A stretch of 64,000 nt of DNA, from positions 2,912,001 to 2,976,000 of the forward strand of contig OY970309.1 in NCBI GenBank assembly GCA_963716395.1. The letters are read 5' to 3'. Position numbers and translations under genes: made by a program. Source of the DNA: an uncultured Fibrobacteria bacterium. Its GTDB lineage: Bacteria > Fibrobacterota > Fibrobacteria > UBA11236. Of the stretch, positions 56,069 to 64,000 are shown piece after piece; position 1 is the first letter of the stretch; every line of letters starts with the position of its first letter. Below the pieces are notes generated by a model. It was not told where the DNA came from, made no database searches, and saw only the letters and a list, made by a program, of their open reading frames with translations.

Positions 56069-56668
56069 ATGACCAAGTCCGGTGAGATAAGCCCAACGGC
56101 CGCGTTTGGAGTCGGCGATGCGGGACAGGGGCCGGAAAGACGGCGCCTCATCGGACCCGGCATCGCCATCGGCGTACTGTCGGCGGCGGCGTTGGCCTTT
56201 TTGTTTTATCTGCTGTATGGACGCCACGTGGCGGCGGACGCCAAAGAGCGGCTGGGATTTTTGCCCGCGGTGAACGCGTGCTGCAATGCCGCCACCGTCG
56301 TCTTGATCCTGCGTGGGTTGCGGGCGATTCGCCGCGGCCACGTTATGCGCCACCGCCAGAGCATGCTCGGGGCTTTCGCGGCCTCCACGATTTTTCTCAT
56401 CGGTTATATCACCTACCATGCCGTGCACGGCGACACGCTTTTCCCCGGTCGCGGATGGGTACGTCCGGTTTATTTTTCGATTCTGATTTCCCATATCACC
56501 CTTTCGGCCGTGGCGTTGCCCATGGTATTGACCACCTTCTACCTGGCACTGACGCGCCGTTTCGCGGTGCACAAAAAGTGGGCGCGTTTCACCTATCCGG
56601 TTTGGCTGTACGTCTCGGCCACCGGTGTGCTGGTGTTTCTGTTTTTGAAGGTATACACGTCCGCTTAA
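56069..56668 (+). CDS. DUF420 membrane protein
   Basis: LPAVNA, HRQSM, FL..YITYH, ILISHI.LS, HKKWAR.TYPVWLYVS.TG. Confidence 0.88.
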   Translation: MTKSGEISPTAAFGVGDAGQGPERRRLIGPGIAIGVLSAAALAFLFYLLYGRHVAADAKERLGFLPAVNACCNAATVVLILRGLRAIRRGHVMRHRQSMLGAFAASTIFLIGYITYHAVHGDTLFPGRGWVRPVYFSILISHITLSAVALPMVLTTFYLALTRRFAVHKKWARFTYPVWLYVSATGVLVFLFLKVYTSA

Positions 56669-56680
56669 AGGCGAGAAAAT

Positions 56681-56865
56681 CGCCACGCCCTTCGACCGGT
56701 TCGACACCCCTCGACAGGCTCACGGGCCGGGCTCACCGACCGAAGGGCGTGGCGGGTCAGCCTGATCCCCGAGCCCATCGAGGGATGGTTCCCGAATTCG
56801 AAGTATGCAGTAGGGTATCCACCGCCCCCTTTTCGGCCGGTGAGCTTGTCGAACCGGTCGAGGGA
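56681..56865. repeat. REP-like inverted repeat cluster between convergent genes
   Basis: TCGACCGGTTCGACA...GCTCACCG unit and its reverse complement at ~56825-56865; 14-bp perfect IR 56681-56694/56741-56754. Confidence 0.8.
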
Positions 56866-56923
56866 TATCAAACCGGCCAAGGTTGTCGCGTTCTCCCCCT
56901 CGAATAAAAAATCGAGAATTAAG

Positions 56924-57559
56924 TCAAGGACCGATGATGACAACGAGTTTGCCCGGTCCGTGCACCCCCAGCGTGAGGGATAATTCGATGTCGGCCGTGC
57001 GGCTCGGTCCGGTGATGAAGACCAGATAGGGGAGGGGCGACCGGCTTTCGATCTGCTCGAAGACTTCGCCCATGCCGGTGAAGATGGCGGCGTCGCAGAC
57101 CACGGCCACATGCACATACGGCAACAACGATGCGGCGCGCGGCTTGTCCGCAGCCGCGATCAGGGCCAGCGATCCGGTTTCGGCGACGGCAGCTTCGCAG
57201 CCGGTGAGGCCGATGTCGGCCGTGGCCTGATCGGCTTGGGAATCTTTTCCGAAAAAAACTTTTTCCCCGCTCAGGCAGGCGCCGAGCCCATAGGGCAGGG
57301 CCGAAGCATCCCAACTCAAAACCGATTTGCCCGTGATGAGAGTTTTGACGCGCGCTTGCACGGCGGCTTCCGAAGCTTCGACAAAAACCTCGACGCCCAA
57401 GGCTTCCAACTCCTGACGCAGCCGCGCGCGGCGGCCGGCGGCATCAAGTTGCGGACGGACATAGCGGTTGGGCAAATCGGCTGCAGGCTCCGGCAGCTGG
57501 GCCCGAACCTGCGCCCGGCGCAGGCGCGCCAAAATCGCCGCACGCGCTTCATCGGCCAT
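56924..57559 (-). CDS. lutC: Lactate utilisation protein C (LUD domain)
   Basis: AETGSL, RAASLLP..H, FITGPSRTADIELSLTLGVHGP. Confidence 0.93.
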   Translation of the reverse strand: MADEARAAILARLRRAQVRAQLPEPAADLPNRYVRPQLDAAGRRARLRQELEALGVEVFVEASEAAVQARVKTLITGKSVLSWDASALPYGLGACLSGEKVFFGKDSQADQATADIGLTGCEAAVAETGSLALIAAADKPRAASLLPYVHVAVVCDAAIFTGMGEVFEQIESRSPLPYLVFITGPSRTADIELSLTLGVHGPGKLVVIIGP

Positions 57560-58961
57560 GGGGTTTTCCTACGGTCGATCGCTTTTGCCAAAGCTGCTGG
57601 AACGATTGCGGAGCCGGCGCCTTCAGGTCACGGAATCGCGTCCAGCCTCCGGCCAACCCGGGCAGTCGGTGAATCCATCCCGTCCGCCAAATGGGTTTGG
57701 CCAGCGCGGCGCCCCAGCGCGTCACGGCCCGGTGCCAGCGCGGGTGCGAAGCCACGAAACCGAAAACCCAGACACCGGCGCGCAGCAGCGCGGGGACCTC
57801 TTCCTCTTCCACCGCGGTTTTGCGCAATTGCAGCAGCATGCGCGGAATGTCGAGGCGCACGGGGCATACTTCGCGGCAGGCGCCGCAGAGGGAACTGGCG
57901 TCGGGCAAGGCCTTCCACGGACCCACACCCCTTAACCCGGGCGTGACGATGGATCCGATGGGCCCGGGATAGGTGTCGCCGTAGGCGTGGCCGCCGATAT
58001 TCTTGTACACCGGGCAGGCGTTGAGGCAGGCGCCACAGCGGATGCAACCCAGGATTTCAGCCAGCGGCCCCCCCAACATTCCGCTACGTCCGTTGTCCAG
58101 GAGCACGACGTGCATTTCTTCGGGACCGTCGCTTTCACCGGGCCGGCGCGGGCCGGTGAGTACCGAAGTGTAGGTGGTGATTTTCTGGCCTGTGGCCGAA
58201 CGCGCCAGAATCTGGATCATAAGGTCGAGATCGGCGAAGTTGCGCACCAGTTTTTCCACGCCCATCACGGCTACGTGTACGCGGGGCAAGGTCGTGACCA
58301 GGCGGGCGTTGCCTTCATTGCTCACCAGGCATATCGACCCGGTTTCCACCACGCCGAAGTTGGCACCGGTGATCCCCAAGTCGGCGGAGAGAAAGGCGGC
58401 GCGCAATTTGGCGCGGGCGATTTTGCACAGGGCTTCGGGATCGCTGGTGTAGGGCACGCTGATTTTGCGGTGCATCACCTGCCCGATGTTTTCCTTGGTC
58501 ATGTGGATGATGGGCAGAATGATGTGCGACGGCGTGGTGCCCGCCAATTGCACGATATATTCGCCCAGATCGGTTTCCAGCACTTCGAGCCCGGCGTCGA
58601 GCAGCTCATGGTTGAGATGGGTCTCTTCGGTGGCCATCGATTTTGATTTCACCGCGCGCTTGCAACCGCTCCGGCGCGCGATGCCGGTGACGATGCGGTT
58701 GGCCTCGCGGCCGTCGCGGGCCCAATGCACCTGCACGCCGTTGGCGACGAGATGGCGTGTGAAGGTTTCCAGGGCGCCGGCCAAATCGCGCAACAGATCC
58801 ATTTTGGCGCGGCGCGCCATGTCGCGCACCTGATCGGAGTTCTCGAGCGCGGCCAGGGCCGTGGTGCGGCGCGAGCCCAATCTTTCGGTGGCGCGGCCCA
58901 ACGCCGTTTTCAAATTGTCGTCGTGCAGCGCGGTTTCGACGCGTTCGAGAAAATGCGCCAT
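57549..58961 (-). CDS. lutB: Lactate utilisation protein B (Fe-S)
   Basis: KSKSMATEE, ETDLGEYIVQL, CIRCGACLNACP, SSLCGAC.EVCPV. Confidence 0.95.
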   Translation of the reverse strand: MAHFLERVETALHDDNLKTALGRATERLGSRRTTALAALENSDQVRDMARRAKMDLLRDLAGALETFTRHLVANGVQVHWARDGREANRIVTGIARRSGCKRAVKSKSMATEETHLNHELLDAGLEVLETDLGEYIVQLAGTTPSHIILPIIHMTKENIGQVMHRKISVPYTSDPEALCKIARAKLRAAFLSADLGITGANFGVVETGSICLVSNEGNARLVTTLPRVHVAVMGVEKLVRNFADLDLMIQILARSATGQKITTYTSVLTGPRRPGESDGPEEMHVVLLDNGRSGMLGGPLAEILGCIRCGACLNACPVYKNIGGHAYGDTYPGPIGSIVTPGLRGVGPWKALPDASSLCGACREVCPVRLDIPRMLLQLRKTAVEEEEVPALLRAGVWVFGFVASHPRWHRAVTRWGAALAKPIWRTGWIHRLPGLAGGWTRFRDLKAPAPQSFQQLWQKRSTVGKPHGR

Positions 58962-59704
58962 CAGCTCAGCCCTTCGTCGAGAATCTGCGCCAGGTGTTTG
59001 ACCGGCAAGGCCGACCCGCGTCGGTGCAAACCTCCCTGCAAGTGCAGGAGGCAACCCATATCGCAACTGACCAGGGCTTCGGCTCCCGACGCCTGCAGGT
59101 GGCGCAATTTGTTTTCCAGCATGGCCCCGGAAATGGCCGCGTTCTTCACCGAGAACATGCCGCCGAATCCGCAGCATTCTTCGGAGTCGTGGACCTCGAC
59201 GCATTCCATTCCCGCGACGTTCGCCAGCAGGGCGCGCGCCTGTGTGCGCATTCCCAGGCCGCGCAAGAGGTGGCAGGAGGGGTGATAGGCCGCCTTGAGG
59301 CCCAGGCGCGCGCCCAAATCGGTGATGCCGAGCACGTCGACCAGGAACTGGGAGAATTCATAGCAGCGCCGCGACAAGGCCTGCGCCTTTTCCCGGTATG
59401 CGGCATCCTCTGCGAATAGTGCATGGTATTGGTGCACCAGCATGTCGGCGCAGGAGCCCGATGGAATAAGCACGGGATGCGGCGAGGCTGACAGAACATC
59501 GAGGGCGTGGCGCGCCACCTTGCGGGCGTCGGCGTGGAATCCGGCGTTGTAGGCGGGCTGGCCGCAGCAGGTTTGCCCTGCGGGTACTTCGACTTCGACG
59601 CTGAGCCGCTCCAGAATACGGACGACCGAAAGGCCCACTTCGGGGTAGATCTCGTTGACGATACAGGTGTGAAAAAGTTGGACTTTCTTCGGCGCAGCAT
59701 TCAC
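58961..59704 (-). CDS. lutA: Lactate utilisation protein A (CCG domains)
   Basis: QTCCGQP, PSGSC, YHPSCH, ECCGFGG.F, D.GCLLHL. Confidence 0.95.
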   Translation of the reverse strand: MNAAPKKVQLFHTCIVNEIYPEVGLSVVRILERLSVEVEVPAGQTCCGQPAYNAGFHADARKVARHALDVLSASPHPVLIPSGSCADMLVHQYHALFAEDAAYREKAQALSRRCYEFSQFLVDVLGITDLGARLGLKAAYHPSCHLLRGLGMRTQARALLANVAGMECVEVHDSEECCGFGGMFSVKNAAISGAMLENKLRHLQASGAEALVSCDMGCLLHLQGGLHRRGSALPVKHLAQILDEGLS

Positions 59705-59732
59705 GGGGAGCCTGCGATTCTCGGCCGCAACT

Positions 59733-61316
59733 TCATGCCGGAGCCGGGCCGCTCGAAGCGCGCTCCACGAGCATGCCTTCGCATTCCCAAGGGTTGCCTT
59801 CGCGTCGAAGGTTCTTGAGCCGGGGTTCCAAGGCGTAGGCCAGCACCGTGCGCGCAATTTCAGCGAAGGAAAAATTGTAGCTGGTCATGTCGTTGTCGGT
59901 GGCGGCTTTGCTGTCATCGAAGCTGACGACGGAGATGTCTTTGGGAACGCGCACGCCCTTGCGCGCGAGATGATCATTGATGAGCAAGGCCATGCGGTCG
60001 TTGGCGGCCACGCAAGCCGTGAGTCCGGGTTCTTGCAGAATGGCGTTGAGAATGGGTTCCGCCCGAGACGCCATCTCGAGCTGGTGGATGTAGTTCTCCA
60101 CCGCCGCTTGCAGTTGTCCCAGGGCGTAACCGGCGTAATAGCGATGCCCGGCCTTCATGGAAGCCAAGCGAAAGGCTTCGGTTTGCCGAATGTAGTCGGC
60201 GACATCCGGCGGGGCCAACTGCGGGTCGACATGGTCGTCCAGCGCGTCGATGACGAATTTGCACACGCCCTCGCCGAAGCCCGCGCTCTGGTACGCGCGT
60301 ACGATGCCGCCGAAGCGGTATTGCGACCACAACTCTTTGTGGCAATAGGAAAGAAAGGCGATCTTGCGGTGTCCGAGCTTGAGCAGATATTGTCCCACCT
60401 GACGCCCCGCCTTGATACCGGCTACGGAGAAAATGCGGAAATCCGATCCCTGAATGTCGGATTGCTGTTGCAGCAGGCGGGAAACGGCGATATCGTTCGA
60501 GATTTCGACGATGGCCACGGGTTTACCCAAGTTGCCCGGCCGGGCCTGATACCGCTGCACTTCGCGCAGCACTTGCAGAACCTGGCCGATTTTACGCTCG
60601 GGGATCATGCAGGAGAGAAAGACGTAACCCAGCACCGAATGTTTCTCCTGCAGGGCCTTGAGCTGGTTGGCAAAATCGGCGCCGCGGCGTTCGGTATTGT
60701 AATGCAGCGCCATGATGGAGAGCATTTTTTTGCCGCCTTCGCGGCGCAGGGCTGAGAGGAAATCGGTATGGGGGTAGCCGCCGTAACTGATTTTGGAAGA
60801 GGCGTCGGCCGTGCTGATGAACACCAAGGTGGCATAGGTGCGGCGGTGACCGGGTACGCGGTAGGTTTTTTTGTGCGGAACCAGCACGCCCTCGGAAGCG
60901 ATGACCTCCAGCGTCTTGCGCATGGTCTTGTACGAAACGGCGTAGTTCTTTTCCAGGTCGAGCAGCGAGGGCAGGGGCTCGCCGGCCTGATAGACCCCGT
61001 TGAAGATATCGTTCTCGATTTGGGTTTTAAGACGCTGCCAGCGTTGCCCGCCTTCCCAGGTTTCGGAGCGCGGGTCTCCCTCTCCATGTTCGGGCGGATG
61101 CGGACCGATATAGGCGCCGCGGTTTTTGACCACGGAAAGCAGGCCTTCGTTTTTGAGGCTGCCCAGCGCCGCGCACATGGCGGCATTCGAAACCCGGGCG
61201 CGTCGCGCCAAAATGCGAATGGGCGGGAGCCGTTCGCCGCGCGCCCGCGTGCCGTTGTTGATTTCCTCGCGGAGATACAAGAGCGCTTTGTCAAAGGCGA
61301 GGTTGCTCGAAATCAT
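59733..61316 (-). CDS. Transcriptional regulator with two GntR wHTH domains and a LacI-type sugar-binding domain
   Basis: GERLPPIR.LA....VS and GEPLPS..DL...Y.VS..T.RK.L; LGHRKIAF, AANDRMA, VPKDISVVSFDD, VERASS. Confidence 0.88.
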   Translation of the reverse strand: MISSNLAFDKALLYLREEINNGTRARGERLPPIRILARRARVSNAAMCAALGSLKNEGLLSVVKNRGAYIGPHPPEHGEGDPRSETWEGGQRWQRLKTQIENDIFNGVYQAGEPLPSLLDLEKNYAVSYKTMRKTLEVIASEGVLVPHKKTYRVPGHRRTYATLVFISTADASSKISYGGYPHTDFLSALRREGGKKMLSIMALHYNTERRGADFANQLKALQEKHSVLGYVFLSCMIPERKIGQVLQVLREVQRYQARPGNLGKPVAIVEISNDIAVSRLLQQQSDIQGSDFRIFSVAGIKAGRQVGQYLLKLGHRKIAFLSYCHKELWSQYRFGGIVRAYQSAGFGEGVCKFVIDALDDHVDPQLAPPDVADYIRQTEAFRLASMKAGHRYYAGYALGQLQAAVENYIHQLEMASRAEPILNAILQEPGLTACVAANDRMALLINDHLARKGVRVPKDISVVSFDDSKAATDNDMTSYNFSFAEIARTVLAYALEPRLKNLRREGNPWECEGMLVERASSGPAPA

Positions 61317-62782
61317 GGGTTACCGTGGGGCAGGGTTTGCAGACGTGTTCGCGCGGCCTTCGCACCCGCGGAATCGACGGGGTTGAAGGTTTCCAAGGCA
61401 AAGGAACGGCGCACCCGGGTGCGCACATTCTCGTGCACATGGCCCAAGGTCCGTGCTTGGATCAGAATATTGCCCAGGGCCGAAGCTTCGACCGGGCCGC
61501 ACCAAACCGGCACCCCGCACGCGTCGGCGGTGAGCTGGTTGAGCAGCCGGTTGCGGGAGCCGCCGCCCACGATGTGCAGGCCGCGAAACCGGCGCCCCGA
61601 AATCTCCGCGCATTCTGCCAGCGTCAGCGCATACAGCAAAGCCAAGCTTTCCAGCACGCAGCGCGCCACCGCGCCCGGCTGTTCCGGAATCGGCTGGCCG
61701 GTGGCGCGGCAGTACTCCGCGATTTTTTCCAGCATGCGTCCGGGCTTGCCGAAACGCGGATCGGCAGGATGGATCAGGCTGCGCAGGGGTTCGGCGTCTT
61801 CGGCCAGATCGGTGATGGTTTGGTAGTCGAGGTTGCGGCCGGCCGCGACCCAATCGCGTCGGCATTCCTGCAGAATCCACAGGCCGACCAGATTCTTGCG
61901 AAACAGGATGGTGCCGCCATAGCCGGCTTCGTTGGTGAAGTTGTGCTGGCGGCTGGCGGCATTGATGATTGGTTCCCGTAATTCGGTTCCCAATAACGAC
62001 CAAGTGCCGGAGCTCAGGAAAGCCCAATCCTCTCCGCTTCCCGGCGTGGCCGCCACGGCTGCGGCGGTGTCATGGGAACAGGTGGCCACCACTTGCAAAG
62101 AGGCCGTTCCCGATTCTGCGGCCCACTCCGGCCGCAAAGGGCCGAGTACGGTTCCGGGAGGCACCAGTGCGGGGAAAATCCCGCGGGGAAAATGCAGGCG
62201 GTCGATGAGATTCCAGGCCCAGGCGCGTTTCTCGGCGCTGAAAAGCTGGGTGGTGCTGGCCAGGGAAATTTCCCCGCAGAGTTTGCCCGACAGCAGGTAG
62301 TTGAAATAATCCCCGATGTTGAGGATTTGATTGGCTTGTTGCAAAATCTGCGGGCGGTCGGTGCGATCGCGGTAAAGTTGGTACAAGGTGTTGATGGGCA
62401 TGAATTGAATTCCGGTGGCCGCGAAAATATCGTCGGCCGGCACTTCGGCGAACACCGCTTCCATCGCGCCCTCGGTGCGGGAGTCACGATAATGGAAAGG
62501 TGCCTCCAAGGCCTGTCCCGCGCGCAGCAGCACGTAGTCCACGCCCCAGGCATCGGTGCTGATGCCCACCGGCGCGGCGCCGCGGGCGATGGTTTCGCGC
62601 AGCCCGGCGCGGATTTCGCCGAAGAGCCGGTCGCAATCCCAGCGCAGGGTGCCCTGCGTCGACACCGCTTCGTTGGGAAACCGCCGCACCTCTTCCACCG
62701 ACACGCGTTCGTCGCCCACCGTTCCCAGCAGCATACGTCCACTTTCGGCGCCGAGATCCACGGCCAGATATTGAGTTTCCAA
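61313..62782 (-). CDS. rhaB: Rhamnulokinase
   Basis: LAVDLGAESGR, DAWGVDY, HYRD.RT, TGIQFMPINTLYQL, HDTA, SSGTWSL.G, GGGS. Confidence 0.93.
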   Translation of the reverse strand: METQYLAVDLGAESGRMLLGTVGDERVSVEEVRRFPNEAVSTQGTLRWDCDRLFGEIRAGLRETIARGAAPVGISTDAWGVDYVLLRAGQALEAPFHYRDSRTEGAMEAVFAEVPADDIFAATGIQFMPINTLYQLYRDRTDRPQILQQANQILNIGDYFNYLLSGKLCGEISLASTTQLFSAEKRAWAWNLIDRLHFPRGIFPALVPPGTVLGPLRPEWAAESGTASLQVVATCSHDTAAAVAATPGSGEDWAFLSSGTWSLLGTELREPIINAASRQHNFTNEAGYGGTILFRKNLVGLWILQECRRDWVAAGRNLDYQTITDLAEDAEPLRSLIHPADPRFGKPGRMLEKIAEYCRATGQPIPEQPGAVARCVLESLALLYALTLAECAEISGRRFRGLHIVGGGSRNRLLNQLTADACGVPVWCGPVEASALGNILIQARTLGHVHENVRTRVRRSFALETFNPVDSAGAKAARTRLQTLPHGNP

Positions 62783-62789
62783 GACAGCC

Positions 62790-64000
62790 TCAGCGCGGAA
62801 AGGATTGCACGTTGCCCGCGTCCACGTTCAAAATGTTGCCGGTCGATTTTGCCGAAGCCTCGCCGACAAAGAAGCACACGGCTTCGGCGACGTCTTCGGG
62901 GAACACGTTGCGTTTCAACAGGCTGCGTTGGCGGTAATGCTCTTCGAGCTGATCTTCGCGGATGTGGTAGGCTTCGGCCCGCTCTTTACGCCAACTGCTG
63001 TCCCAAAGTTTGGAGCCGCGCAGCACGGCGTCGGGGTTCACGACGTTGACGCGAATGCCATGCGGCGCGCCTTCCAGCGCCAGACAGCGGGCCAGATGTA
63101 CTTCGGCGGCTTTGGCCGTGCAATAGGCGGCGGCGGAGGGAGAAGCGGCCAGCGCGTTTTTGCTGGCGATGAAGATGATGGAGCCGTCAAGCCCCTGGGC
63201 CAGCAGCAGGCGGAAGGCCTCGCGCGAAACCAGAAAATATCCCGTGGCCAGAATGTCGAGGTTTCGTTTCCACACATTCAGCGAGATGTCCTGGTACGCC
63301 GCCGTCGAGGCGATGCCCGCGTTGGAGACGAGAAAATCGAGGCCGCCGAATTCGCGCGCGCAATGCCGCAGGGAGGCGGCCACCGATTCTTCGTCGGTGA
63401 CGTCGGAGACCACGATGCGCACCGCGTCGCTTCCGAATTCAGCGCCCAGTTCGCGCGCGGCTTCGCTCAGGCCTTGGGCGTCAACGTCGGTGAGGCAAAC
63501 CACCGCGCCTTCGGTGAGCAGGCGGCGGGCCGTGGCTTTGCCGATGCCGCCCGCACCTCCGGTGATGAGGGCGATGCGCGCCGCCAGGGATTTGGGCTTG
63601 GGCATGCGCCGCAGCTTGGCCTCTTCAAGCGCCCAGTATTCGATGTCGAAGGCTTCTTGCTCGGGCAAAGCCACATAGTCATCCACGGTGGTGGCGCCGC
63701 GCATGACGTTGATGGCGTTGAGGTAGAATTCGCCCGCAATGCGGGCCGTGGCCTTGTCGGCCGCGAAGGAGAACATTCCCACGCCGGGCACCAGGATGAT
63801 GACCGGATAGGGATCGCGCATGGGCGGCGAAGCGGGCCGCTTGCAGCGCTGGTAATAGGCTTCATACTGCGTGCGGTAGTCGGCCAGAGCGGCATCAAGG
63901 CGCCCGAGCAAATCCTGCACGCTTTCGCGCGCGGGATCGAAGGTAAGGAAGAGAGGAGCAATTTTGGTGCGCAAAAAGTGATCCGGGCAAGAAGTGCCCA
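62790..64000 (-). CDS. rhaEW: Bifunctional rhamnulose-1-phosphate aldolase / lactaldehyde dehydrogenase (RhaEW), 5' end outside the window
   Basis: GTSCPDHFLRTKI, FDIEYWALEEAKL, SDR TGGAGGIG, SNAG, YCTAK, VNPDAV. Confidence 0.92.
   Translation of the reverse strand, partial: GTSCPDHFLRTKIAPLFLTFDPARESVQDLLGRLDAALADYRTQYEAYYQRCKRPASPPMRDPYPVIILVPGVGMFSFAADKATARIAGEFYLNAINVMRGATTVDDYVALPEQEAFDIEYWALEEAKLRRMPKPKSLAARIALITGGAGGIGKATARRLLTEGAVVCLTDVDAQGLSEAARELGAEFGSDAVRIVVSDVTDEESVAASLRHCAREFGGLDFLVSNAGIASTAAYQDISLNVWKRNLDILATGYFLVSREAFRLLLAQGLDGSIIFIASKNALAASPSAAAYCTAKAAEVHLARCLALEGAPHGIRVNVVNPDAVLRGSKLWDSSWRKERAEAYHIREDQLEEHYRQRSLLKRNVFPEDVAEAVCFFVGEASAKSTGNILNVDAGNVQSFPR

Overview
GC-rich, gene-dense bacterial chromosomal segment with no prophage, integrase, IS or CRISPR array visible. 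I infer an FCB-group organism, probably Fibrobacterota, from a large multidomain GH9 cellulase with an FlgD-like C-terminus, T9SS-type C-terminal tails and a double-GntR/LacI regulator. Housekeeping genes include rdgB, ccsA/ccsB, thpR, cutA, purEK, acyP, gpsA, plsB, slt, mlaE, glnD, argS, rsfS, panD, tRNA-Leu(CAA), miaB, nadA and a rhamnose-to-lactate-to-pyruvate cluster (rhaEW-rhaB-regulator-lutABC). rdgB and purE each lack one base in a homopolymer, most likely an assembly error. The most unusual items are four. (1) An operon with two paralogous membrane/TPR/C39-like peptidase proteins, one with Cys-His-Asp and one apparently dead, followed by a small membrane protein and a PilH/PilI-like ABC transporter. 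(2) A 24-aa Lys/Ala histone-like micro-gene missed by the ORF track, with its own sigma70 promoter, a perfect SD, a structured leader and a terminator. (3) An AT-richer cassette encoding a T9SS cargo protein, a secreted fibre ending in a circularly permuted tail-collar domain, and a subtilase-CUB protease. (4) A patatin/beta-barrel protein with degenerate catalytic motifs. All product calls come from motif recognition by eye; no database search was run.
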